A stretch of DNA of 64,000 nucleotides from an uncultured Clostridia bacterium (lineage in GTDB: Bacteria; Bacillota; Clostridia; Oscillospirales; JAAYOS01): contig CANRIN010000003.1 in assembly GCA_947630675.1 (NCBI GenBank), positions 4,530 to 68,529 on the forward strand. Direction: 5' to 3'. The notes under the pieces are model-generated. The model ran no database searches and had not been told where the DNA came from. It saw only the letters and a program-made list of their open reading frames with translations. Shown here piece by piece: positions 47,249-54,992 of the stretch (position 1 is the stretch's first letter; each line of letters opens with the position of its first letter). The translations under genes were made by a program, and so were the position numbers.

Positions 47249-48576
47249 AACAGAAATATGGCGGCGCTTACCGTCGTCCCCGCAAGCGTCCCGCCGTAGC
47301 CGCCCACGGGTGACAGCATACCCACCGCGAGCGCCGCCGCGCCGCCGCATATCCCCGCCGCGAGGAACACGCCCTTCCCCGCGCGCACTCCGAGGAGCGC
47401 CGCCGCCATGGGCACGAGCATGACCGGCGCCCACGCGGAGTAGGCCAAAACGAGCAGCGAGAATACGTCCGCCGAGCGGAGCGCGAGCGCCATTCCTACG
47501 GCGCCCACGGCAGCGGCGGTGAGGCGCATCACTAGGAGCATCCTCCGCCCGTCCGGCTCGCGGCGCGAGAGCGGACGGATGATGTCGCCCATTGCCGTCG
47601 ACGCTGACGCTAAAAGCCCGTCCGCCGAGCTCATGACTATGGCGAGCATCGCCGCCGTCACCACGCCCTTCACCCCCGCAGGGAGGGCGGCGAGCACCAT
47701 CTGCGGCATCGCCGAGGACGGCTCGACCCCCGGCATCGACACGCGCGCCGCGAGCCCGACAAAGCCGGTGAGCATAAATACCGGCACCGACACAAGCCCG
47801 CTCAGTACCGTCGCGCGGGAGATGGTCCTTCTGTCCCGCCCGACAAGCACTCTCTGAAGGTATGTCGGGCTCAGCGCCTCGCCGACAAGCATCGTGAGAA
47901 AGAGCGCCGCCGTCGGCGCGGCGCCGTGCGCGAACGGGCGGAGGAACCCTTCCGGCAGGGACGCAAAGACGTGCTCCGCCCCGCCCGCGTACCTTACCGC
48001 GCCCGCGGCGAGGAGCGGTATCCCCACCGCGAGCAGGCAGAACTCTGCGACCTCCGCCGTGAGTATCGCGCCCATACCGCCCATGACCGAGTACGCTATG
48101 ACTATCGAAAAGCCGATAAGCACCCCCGACGTATAACTCACGCCGAGCAGCGCTGAGAAGATGTTCCCTATCGCCGCGACCTGCGCCGCAATGAGGCCCG
48201 CCGAGAGCAGGACGGAGCACACTCCCGCCATCACCTGCGCCGCGCGCCCGTACGCCGCGCCGACTATCTCCCCCGGCGACTGCGCTCCTTTCGGTATCCT
48301 TGCGCGCGGCAGCAGCACGCCGCCTATCAGTATCTGCGAGAGCGAGAAGCCGCACAGGCCTATTATGTTCGCTATCCCGCCGGAGTAACACTCCGCCGCG
48401 TTCCCTGTGGAAAATCCTCCTCCGATGAACGCCGCCGACAGCGACGCGAACACGACAAAGAGCCCCCGCTTCTTTCCCCCCGTCGCAAAGTCTCCCGCAC
48501 TCTTCACGCGCCGCGCTCCGACCGCTCCGCTGAGGAGCAGGAAGATAAGGAACGCCGCCACTATCAAAATATCCAC
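47155..48576 (-). CDS. Sodium:solute symporter (SSS) family transporter
   Basis: 473 aa with ~13 TM and an SSS-like N-terminus (MDILIVAAFLIFLLLSGAVGARRVKSAGDFATGGKK...). The last ~31 codons are encoded by the repeat element. Confidence 0.8.
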   Translation of the reverse strand: MDILIVAAFLIFLLLSGAVGARRVKSAGDFATGGKKRGLFVVFASLSAAFIGGGFSTGNAAECYSGGIANIIGLCGFSLSQILIGGVLLPRARIPKGAQSPGEIVGAAYGRAAQVMAGVCSVLLSAGLIAAQVAAIGNIFSALLGVSYTSGVLIGFSIVIAYSVMGGMGAILTAEVAEFCLLAVGIPLLAAGAVRYAGGAEHVFASLPEGFLRPFAHGAAPTAALFLTMLVGEALSPTYLQRVLVGRDRRTISRATVLSGLVSVPVFMLTGFVGLAARVSMPGVEPSSAMPQMVLAALPAGVKGVVTAAMLAIVMSSADGLLASASTAMGDIIRPLSRREPDGRRMLLVMRLTAAAVGAVGMALALRSADVFSLLVLAYSAWAPVMLVPMAAALLGVRAGKGVFLAAGICGGAAALAVGMLSPVGGYGGTLAGTTVSAAIFLLSRRIAGSDVIRALTNSPREVHSELRRRNSE

Positions 48577-48715
48577 GCAGCCGCCTCTCCTTTCCCAAAA
48601 ATATCCGTCCGCCGGGAAGCGCCGTTCCGCGCCGTATGCGCAGGGACTCTCCCGGCGGCAAAAAGTTCGCCGGAAATATATATTCGGCCCGTCCGCGCTC
48701 TATCACGCAAAAGCC

Positions 48716-48745
48716 TTGACACGGCGCCGGGACGCGTGATACAAT
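48716..48745 (+). promoter_or_regulatory. Sigma-A-type promoter of the T-box leader
   Basis: TTGACA (48716-48721), 18-nt spacer ending in TGA, TACAAT (48740-48745). Confidence 0.65.
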
Positions 48746-48749
48746 ATCG

Positions 48750-49047
48750 GCGTAAAGGCGATGACCGGGAACAAGTAGGCTCGCGGCGACCCTAAAGAGA
48801 GCAGCCGGACGGTGAGAGGCGCAGGGAACGGGCGAAGTCCGAATACATCCCGCAGCAGCGCGCGGGAAAGCGTGAGCGAGTAGTGCGCGACGGGACGCCG
48901 CCCGTTACAGCGGCAGGGTATCCGCGTCCTCCTGTGTGGCGCGCGCACCCGCAGAGGCCCGCGCCGTGAGGCTCGGGCGAACAGAGGTGGTACCACGGGA
49001 ATATCCCGTCCTCCGTTATTTTGTGGGGGGACGGGTTTTTTAGCGCC
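48750..49047 (+). promoter_or_regulatory. T-box riboswitch leader, probable Tyr (UAC) specifier
   Basis: Elements seen: Stem I S-turn AGUA (48774-48777), AG bulge AAAGAGAG (48794-48801), distal loop GGUGAGAG (48811-48818) and specifier loop GAA-UAC-A (48841-48847). Also a Stem II AGUAG, F-box CCGUUA (48902-48907), T-box AGAGGUGGUACCAC (48983-48996), and terminator cccgtcc...ggacggg plus T6 (49005-49041). Confidence 0.85.
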
Positions 49048-49072
49048 CTCCCCCGAAAAAGGAGTGTTCTTT

Positions 49073-49552
49073 ATGTCGGAAAGCAGTATCAGGGTACGTC
49101 CGATGGAACGGAGCGACTTTGACGCCCTCCGCCCCATCATGAGCGAGCTCCACGCCGTCCACTCGTCGGCGCGGCCGGACTACTATCTCCCCGAGGACAA
49201 TCCCCTCACTCCGGAGATATTCGACTTCTGGTTCGGCGAGGACATGCACCCGCTCGTCGCGGAGCTCGACGGCGAGGTGGTCGGCTACGTCACGCCGGAG
49301 CTTCAGCGAAGGGTCGGCAATTACGTCCGGCCGATGCTGCGGCTGCACATCCACGACGTCGCGGTCGCGGAGAAGGTGAGGCGGCACGGCGTAGGCCGCG
49401 CGCTCTTCCGTGAGGCAGAGCGGCTCGGACGGAGCCTCGGGGCGAGCCGCATACAGCTCTCGGTCTGGGCGTTCAACACCGCCGCGCGCGAGTTCTATGC
49501 TTCGCTCGGCTTTGAGGTACGCACGCTGAACCTCGATTTGGTTCTTGAGTGA
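49073..49552 (+). CDS. GNAT family N-acetyltransferase (T-box controlled)
   Basis: 159 aa from ATG 49073 (GGAG 9 nt upstream) with GNAT motif A (VAVAEKVRRHGVGRALFREAERLGRSLG). Confidence 0.8.
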   Translation: MSESSIRVRPMERSDFDALRPIMSELHAVHSSARPDYYLPEDNPLTPEIFDFWFGEDMHPLVAELDGEVVGYVTPELQRRVGNYVRPMLRLHIHDVAVAEKVRRHGVGRALFREAERLGRSLGASRIQLSVWAFNTAAREFYASLGFEVRTLNLDLVLE

Positions 49553-49561
49553 AGGTCAGGT

Positions 49562-49601
49562 AAAAAGATACCCGTCTCCGAATGGAGACGGGTATCTTTT
49601 T
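49562..49601. terminator. Bidirectional intrinsic terminator
   Basis: aaaaagatacccgtctcc-gaa-tggagacgggtatcttttt, between convergent GNAT and ANT genes. Confidence 0.85.
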
Positions 49602-49624
49602 ACCTGTTTTTTGCGCCCTTTGCC

Positions 49625-50383
49625 TCATTGCGCGTCCCTTATCCGGTCCAACATATAGGCTGCGAATTTGGCGGCGAGCCCGTCGCTTCGCTCGAAGGCC
49701 GCATCGGACGAATACGCGTTCAGCGCGGATGCGATCAGGCCGCGATATTCTCCGGGGAGATTTGCAAGCCCCCATTCTCCGCCCTCCCGCTTCGACAGGA
49801 TCAGGTCCTCCTGCCCGTAAGCCAGCACCCTGCACAGGTTCAGGATAACATAGACCGGGTTCTCGCTCACCGCGTCCTCCGCGTCCGCCACGTCGTCCCA
49901 AATGCTGTCAAGGTAATACTCTCTCTTTACCGGCTCGAAAACCTCCGAGATCTCTTTCCCGTAGAGGCGTCTGCCCCTTTGGAGCGTTATCGTTATGTGG
50001 GCCGCGAGGTCTTTGTCGACGCCCTTCATCTTTTCGATATAGTCTGTCGGATTAGCCCTGTACCAATCGAGGTGGGCCACGGAAAAATGCAGTTCAAAGG
50101 GCGTGGGATAGACGAACGGCCTGCACACGGCCCGTCTGACGATGCTCATTTCTATCCCCTTGGGCGGCGCTTTGTCATTCAGACCGACCACCATGTCCAT
50201 GTACCGCAGCTTCACGTCGTCGGAAAGCTCCCTCTCCGACACCACCAGCAGATCGATGTCGCTTTTCTTCTCGTTGAAGCACCCCATCGCCGCGGAGCCG
50301 TGGAGATACACCCCCACGAGATCGTCCCCCAGAATGTCACGGCTCTCACGAACGAAGGCTTCTGTTATCTCGTCTACAGTCAT
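49625..50383 (-). CDS. Aminoglycoside nucleotidyltransferase-like protein (AadA/ANT(9)-type NTase + DUF4111)
   Basis: 252 aa with an NTase motif (GVYLHGSAAMGCFNEKKSDIDLLVV) and a C-terminal helical domain as in streptomycin/spectinomycin adenylyltransferases. Confidence 0.6.
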   Translation of the reverse strand: MTVDEITEAFVRESRDILGDDLVGVYLHGSAAMGCFNEKKSDIDLLVVSERELSDDVKLRYMDMVVGLNDKAPPKGIEMSIVRRAVCRPFVYPTPFELHFSVAHLDWYRANPTDYIEKMKGVDKDLAAHITITLQRGRRLYGKEISEVFEPVKREYYLDSIWDDVADAEDAVSENPVYVILNLCRVLAYGQEDLILSKREGGEWGLANLPGEYRGLIASALNAYSSDAAFERSDGLAAKFAAYMLDRIRDAQ

Positions 50384-50518
50384 CTATTGGCCTTTCTTTT
50401 TAAAGAGAATATTGTTTATGCCCCGTTTCCGAGAGGAGACGGGGCTTTTTATCACCGTAAAAGTTTTGTAATGTATTCGGCGCGGCAAGCCCTTCTGCCG
50501 GACGGCTCCGCCGTCCTT

Positions 50519-51058
50519 TCACCGGCTGACCGAGATGACGCACCTCTCTCCGCCGGTCTTGATGCTCTCGAGGAGCGAAACCTTCACCGTGTCGCCAAAC
50601 AGCTCACGGAACATTCCCTCGGCGTTTCCGAGGGTGCAGAGGCACCATGTCCCCGACACCTGTTTCGGGACACGCTTGACACAGGAGCAATAGCACTGAG
50701 GGTAGCAGAAGCGCAGCTCGCGCTCGGATATGTATTCAAGCGACGCAAAGGTCTCGCTCCGGTCAAAAAGCTCGGCGAACTCCCGGACGCTCTCCGCGCG
50801 GTTCAGATATTTTCTCATCTTCTCCGCGTTCGACCTTCCGTCGTTGCAGTGGCAGTCCCGGCGGATAGCCTCGATCCTTTCCCCGTCGAAGCGTTCCTCA
50901 AGGAAGCGGCACGCCTCCTTCGTCCACTCGAACTTTTTCAGATAGTCCGCGCTTTTGGAGAGAGGGTGCAGCCGCTCGAACTCCTCCGCCGTGTCCTCTC
51001 CGGCGTGCAGCCGGAGGCTTTCGACGAGCCGAAGCGAATGTGCGTTGTCGTTTTTCAC
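50519..51058 (-). CDS. Hypothetical Cys-rich protein
   Basis: 179 aa with clustered Cys (RRDCHCNDG, CYPQCYCSCV, WCLCTLG). The start overlaps the upstream HTH gene stop by 4 nt. No family was recognised with confidence. Confidence 0.55.
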   Translation of the reverse strand: MKNDNAHSLRLVESLRLHAGEDTAEEFERLHPLSKSADYLKKFEWTKEACRFLEERFDGERIEAIRRDCHCNDGRSNAEKMRKYLNRAESVREFAELFDRSETFASLEYISERELRFCYPQCYCSCVKRVPKQVSGTWCLCTLGNAEGMFRELFGDTVKVSLLESIKTGGERCVISVSR

Positions 51059-51519
51059 GGACGCTTCCCGCCTTTCCAGTGCGCAAGCTGTGGGAGCTGC
51101 GCTTCAAAAAACGCTCTTGCCTGTTCCGGCGGCCAGTTCTCATTTGACATGTGCCCGACGAGAAAATCCGTAAGCTCCTCGATGCTTTTGTATACGAACT
51201 CTCCGTCCGCGTAGCACCACCGGCAGTAGTCCTCGTTGAACTCTCCGTCCGGCTCGCGGCTTATCTGTCCGTCGTCCGTGAGCGTCATCCCGCAGCACTG
51301 GCAGACGAGCCTTCTCGGCGAACCGAGAAGGGTGTTGACCGAGACGTCAAAGAGCTTTGAGAGCAGCTTCAGCGTCTCGACGTTCGGGAGCGTGTCACCG
51401 TTTTCCCAACGGCTGACCGCCTGCCTCGTAACGAAGATCTTTTCGGCAAGCTCCTGCTGTGACAGTCCCGCTTTGGTTCGAAGATAGTATATGACATCTT
51501 TTGTTTCCGAATTTCCCAT
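51055..51519 (-). CDS. XRE-family HTH transcriptional regulator with C-terminal zinc-ribbon-like domain
   Basis: The start is MGNSETKDVIYYLRTKAGLSQQELAEKIFVTRQAVSRWENG (ATG 51519). The C-terminus has CQCCG...CRWC. Confidence 0.75.
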   Translation of the reverse strand: MGNSETKDVIYYLRTKAGLSQQELAEKIFVTRQAVSRWENGDTLPNVETLKLLSKLFDVSVNTLLGSPRRLVCQCCGMTLTDDGQISREPDGEFNEDYCRWCYADGEFVYKSIEELTDFLVGHMSNENWPPEQARAFFEAQLPQLAHWKGGKRP

Positions 51520-51583
51520 ATCCGTCACCCCGAGACCATCATAGCATCTTTCCCGCGCGGGAGCAAGCAACCGTCTGTTGCCT

Positions 51584-51715
51584 CGTCTGTCAAAAAAGTT
51601 CTGACAAACTTTTTTGACAGATTTTCGCGCGAACCGGCGCGGGATGCCGCCTGCGGCGGCGAAACTCTGCGAGGCTTTTGGGCGGGCTGGCAGTCGTCTG
51701 CTGCCTTCCCGCCGC
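51584..51715. repeat. Hairpin repeat modules (34-nt palindrome + inverted H1 module + GC hairpin)
   Basis: ctgtcaaaaaagtt-ctgaca-aacttttttgacag (51587-51620), then gccgcctgcggcggcgaaactctgcgaggct (inverted H1), then gggcgggctggcag...ctgccttcccgcc. Confidence 0.85.
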
Positions 51716-51720
51716 GAAAT

Positions 51721-52464
51721 TTACCAGTTGAAGCTGTACTTATACGTCCGCCCGTCCCTGTCCCGTCGGAGCGCGCCGAGACCCGTAAGTATCCGGAGCG
51801 CGGCCTGCGCCGTGCTCCGGTCGACGTGCGCGGAGCGTGCGAAGTCCGCGGACCCGAACCCGTCCTCTAGGGACTCCGGCAGGAGACGGACATAGTCCTC
51901 CGGCCGCTCAAGGACGATCTGCTCCGCGATGGCTGTGGGGATGCGGTCGACGCGCTTTCCGCGTATCCTCCGGCCGTTCTTCCCGTAGCCGGTAAACTCG
52001 CGGTACTCGTCGAGGTCCACCATCAGCAGATGCACGCGGAGGTTCGGGTCGTCGAGAAATTCCTCTATCCAGCGGAGCTCGCCGAATATCTCGCAGGGGT
52101 ATCCCCTGCGAGGGGAAGGCTTCGGTTCCTCGACGGCGCCGGTCTTGGCGTCCACCCAGCAGAGGCGCCTCCTTCGGGCTATGGGATGCACTATCGTCAC
52201 CGGCGTCACCGGAAGAAACTCCCGGAGCTTTTCCCGTAGCGGGTAGAAGCCGCCGGTCTGTATCTCGATAACGCCGTCCTCGCCGAAGATGTCGGCGATG
52301 TACCGCCCGAGGCGCACCTCGCGGCTCCCCTCGAACGGCTCGTAACAGCGCTTCAGGACGGCGTGCAGCGTCCTCTCCGAGAGAACGCCGACGCCCTCGT
52401 CAAGCTGCCTTCCGTGCAGCACCTCGTCGAGAGCCACACGGAAGGTCCGCTCGTCTATCGGCAT
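51721..52464 (-). CDS. Hypothetical protein (possible PD-(D/E)xK nuclease fold + C-terminal winged helix)
   Basis: 247 aa; the start is 3 nt after the phosphoglucomutase stop. The motif IADIF..DGVIEIQTG resembles a D...ExQ/K nuclease core. The C-terminus FARSAHVDRSTAQAALRILTGLGALRRDRDGRTYKY looks wHTH-like. Both are inference only. Confidence 0.5.
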   Translation of the reverse strand: MPIDERTFRVALDEVLHGRQLDEGVGVLSERTLHAVLKRCYEPFEGSREVRLGRYIADIFGEDGVIEIQTGGFYPLREKLREFLPVTPVTIVHPIARRRRLCWVDAKTGAVEEPKPSPRRGYPCEIFGELRWIEEFLDDPNLRVHLLMVDLDEYREFTGYGKNGRRIRGKRVDRIPTAIAEQIVLERPEDYVRLLPESLEDGFGSADFARSAHVDRSTAQAALRILTGLGALRRDRDGRTYKYSFNW

Positions 52465-52467
52465 TTC

Positions 52468-54171
52468 TCAGAGCGAGGAGGCAAACGCCGCGAGGGTGTC
52501 GCGCACCTGCTCCGCCTCCGCCATGTCCGTGCCGCGTGCGAGGACGTAGAACTTTATCTTCGGTTCGGTGCCGCTCGGACGGGCAAGCAGCTTGCTGCCT
52601 CCCTCGAACTCGTAGCTGAGCACGTCCGACCCGGAGAGCTCTGTCTTTTCGGTGCTGCCGTCCGCGTAGCTCTTTACTCCGGTGATGTAGTCTATCGAGC
52701 TTGCGACCTTCATCGGCATCTCAACCTCGCCGGAACGCAGGCGCGCCATGAGCGCCTTTATCTTCTCCGCGCCGTCAAGGCCGGGCATGACGACGTTTAT
52801 CGTCTTCTCGCTGAACGCGCCGTACTTCGCGTAGAGCGCCTCGAGCGCGTCGACAAGCGTCTCGCCGCGCTCGGCGTAGTATGCGGCCATCTCGGCTATG
52901 AGCAGCGTCGCGGTGACGGCGTCCTTATCGCGGCAGTAGCCGCCGATGAGGTAGCCTATCGACTCCTCGAAGGAGAATATCGAGTGCTCGCCCTCCGCTT
53001 CCTTCTCGTTTATCTTCTCGGCTATGAACTTGAATCCGGTGAAGGTCTCATAGAGGTTCACGCCGTTCATGTCGCATATCGTCTTTGCCATGTCGGTGGA
53101 AACTATCGTCTTCACGGCAAACGGCTTTTCCGGCAGCGTGCCCATGCGGCGGCGCGCGGTGATGATGTAGTCGAGCAGCAGCGCGCCGGTCTGGTTGCCG
53201 GAGAGGACGCGGTACTCGCCCGACTTGTCCCGTGCCACCGCCGCGACGCGGTCGGCGTCCGGGTCGGTGCCGATGATGAGCGAAACGCCGTGCTCCTTCG
53301 CCACCTCGAGCGCGCACGCAAAGCCCTCCGCGTTCTCGGGGTTCGGGCTCGCGACGGTCGGGAAGCGCCCGTCCGGGATCATCTGGCTCTCAACGCATAC
53401 GACGCTTTTGAAGCCGGCGCGGCGGAGCACCTCCGGCACGAGCTTATATCCCGCGCCGTGGAACGGCGTGTAGACAAACGAGAGCTTATCCCCCATGCGC
53501 TGCACCGGGCCGAGGTCTATCGTCTCGCCGAAGGCGCAGGCGAGGAACGCCTCGTCGGTCTCGGTGCCGAGTATCTTTATCATGCCGGAGGCGACCGCTC
53601 CGTCAAAGTCGCAGAGCTTCGCGCCGGTGAAGATGTCTATCTTTGCGACGGCGCGCTCGACGGCGCCCGCGTGCTCGGGCGGAAGCTGAGCGCCGTCCTC
53701 CCAGTACGCCTTGTAGCCGTTGTACTCGCTCGGGTTGTGGGAGGCGGTGATGTTTATGCCGGCGATGCAGCCGTAGCGGCGCACCGCAAACGACAGCTCC
53801 GGCGTGGGCCGGAGGTCGTCAAAGAGCAGGACCTTCACGCCGTTCGCGGCGAGGACACGCGCCGCCTCGGTCGCGAACAGCCGGGAATTTATGCGGCTGT
53901 CGTGCGCTATCGCGACGCCGCGCTCCGCTCCGCCCGCGCTTATTGCGAGCTCGGCCATGGCCTGCGTCACCTGCCGCACGACGTAGACGTTCATGCGGTT
54001 GAGGCCCACGGCCATGGTGCCGCGCAGGCCGGCGGTCCCGAAGGCGAGCGGAGCATAGAACCTGCTCTCTATCTCCTTCTCGTCGGACGCGATGCTCCGA
54101 AGCTCCTCCCTTTCCTCCTCGGAAAGCTGTGGCGCTTCAAGCCACCTCTTATACTCTTCCATGTAGCCCAT
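52468..54171 (-). CDS. Phosphoglucomutase/phosphomannomutase (alpha-D-phosphohexomutase)
   Basis: 567 aa with the active-site loop TASHNP, metal-binding GTDPDADR and sugar-binding EESIGY. Confidence 0.92.
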   Translation of the reverse strand: MGYMEEYKRWLEAPQLSEEEREELRSIASDEKEIESRFYAPLAFGTAGLRGTMAVGLNRMNVYVVRQVTQAMAELAISAGGAERGVAIAHDSRINSRLFATEAARVLAANGVKVLLFDDLRPTPELSFAVRRYGCIAGINITASHNPSEYNGYKAYWEDGAQLPPEHAGAVERAVAKIDIFTGAKLCDFDGAVASGMIKILGTETDEAFLACAFGETIDLGPVQRMGDKLSFVYTPFHGAGYKLVPEVLRRAGFKSVVCVESQMIPDGRFPTVASPNPENAEGFACALEVAKEHGVSLIIGTDPDADRVAAVARDKSGEYRVLSGNQTGALLLDYIITARRRMGTLPEKPFAVKTIVSTDMAKTICDMNGVNLYETFTGFKFIAEKINEKEAEGEHSIFSFEESIGYLIGGYCRDKDAVTATLLIAEMAAYYAERGETLVDALEALYAKYGAFSEKTINVVMPGLDGAEKIKALMARLRSGEVEMPMKVASSIDYITGVKSYADGSTEKTELSGSDVLSYEFEGGSKLLARPSGTEPKIKFYVLARGTDMAEAEQVRDTLAAFASSL

Positions 54172-54190
54172 ACAATTTTCCTCCTAAATT

Positions 54191-54944
54191 CGTCTGTCAA
54201 AAAAGTTCTGACGAACTTTTTTGACAGAGTTTTTTCACTTCGCTGCGCTTCCCCAAACGGCGTTTCACGCCGCTTGGGGAACCCTTTGATTGAAATGCTC
54301 GCCGGAAATGAATTCCGGCTCCGCGATGTTGCCTTTGGCAACATCAACCGCGCGAACTGGCGCGGAGCGGCGTTTCACGCCGCTTGGGGACCCCTTTGAT
54401 TGAAATGCTCGCCGGAAATGAATTCCGGCTCCGCGATGTTGCCTTTGGCAACATCAACCGCTGCGAACAGCGAAAGCGCAAACCAATTCTTTATCCGACA
54501 TTCTACTGCTTTCGCCCGCAATATTTGCTTTGCAAATATTGCCCGACATTGAGCGAATTGTAGGGCGGAGCGGCGTTTCACGCCGCTTGGGGACCCCTTT
54601 GATTGAAATGCTCGCTCCCGAACACGAGGGCGCCGACATATTCCTCATCGGAGCACATTCAGCCCTCGTGAGCTTTACCCGCTTCGCGGGCAAAGCCGAA
54701 CCTTGATTGTGGTGTGGCTCCGCGATGTTGCCTATGGCAACATCAACCGCGCGAACAGCGAAAGCGCAAACCTGTTCTTCATCCGACATTCTACTGCTTT
54801 CGCCCGCAATATTCACTTCGCGAATATTGCCCGACCTCGAGCACGTTCTAGTGCGGAAAGCACCCGTTGCATTTTACTTGAAATACTCCGAAAAAACGAA
54901 TCTAACTCTATTTCGCGCCTGCAGGCGCGAAACTCTGCGAGGCT
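54191..54944. repeat. Large array of hairpin repeat modules, including a 110-bp tandem duplication
   Basis: Modules in order: the 34-nt palindrome at 54194-54227 and ccccaaacggcg-tttca-cgccgcttgggg at 54251-54279. The unit starting cggcgtttcacgccgcttgggga occurs at 54258, 54368 and 54571. gatgttgcc-N4-ggcaacatc occurs at 54325, 54435 and 54724. An ~85-nt module is at 54463-54547 and 54751-54835, and an inverted H1 module at 54911-54944. Confidence 0.9.
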
Positions 54945-54992
54945 CCTGTAAGCAATGATGTCCGGGACATTTTGCCTCTGTGATCAGTGTCA

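Noticed and set aside
50420-50450. Hairpin gccccgt-N12-acggggc followed by ttttta, as a terminator for the Cys-rich protein gene
   Set aside because: The T-run is on the plus strand, whereas both flanking genes are on the minus strand, where the stem is followed by non-T sequence. At best it blocks antisense transcription, so it is not annotated as a feature.
54214-54227. TTGACA hexamers created on both strands by the 34-nt palindrome, as -35 boxes
   Set aside because: For the pgm gene the hexamer is only ~25 nt from the ATG, the Shine-Dalgarno falls in the would-be spacer and there is no acceptable -10. At 51587-51620 no properly spaced -10 follows either.
54250-54620. Possible CRISPR array, since the ~45-nt repeat cggcgtttcacgccgcttgggga...gaaatgctcgc occurs three times
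   Set aside because: The spacing is irregular (110 and 203 bp). The sequences between repeats are themselves repeated modules found elsewhere in the window. The repeats are dispersed in other intergenic regions, and no cas genes or leader are present.
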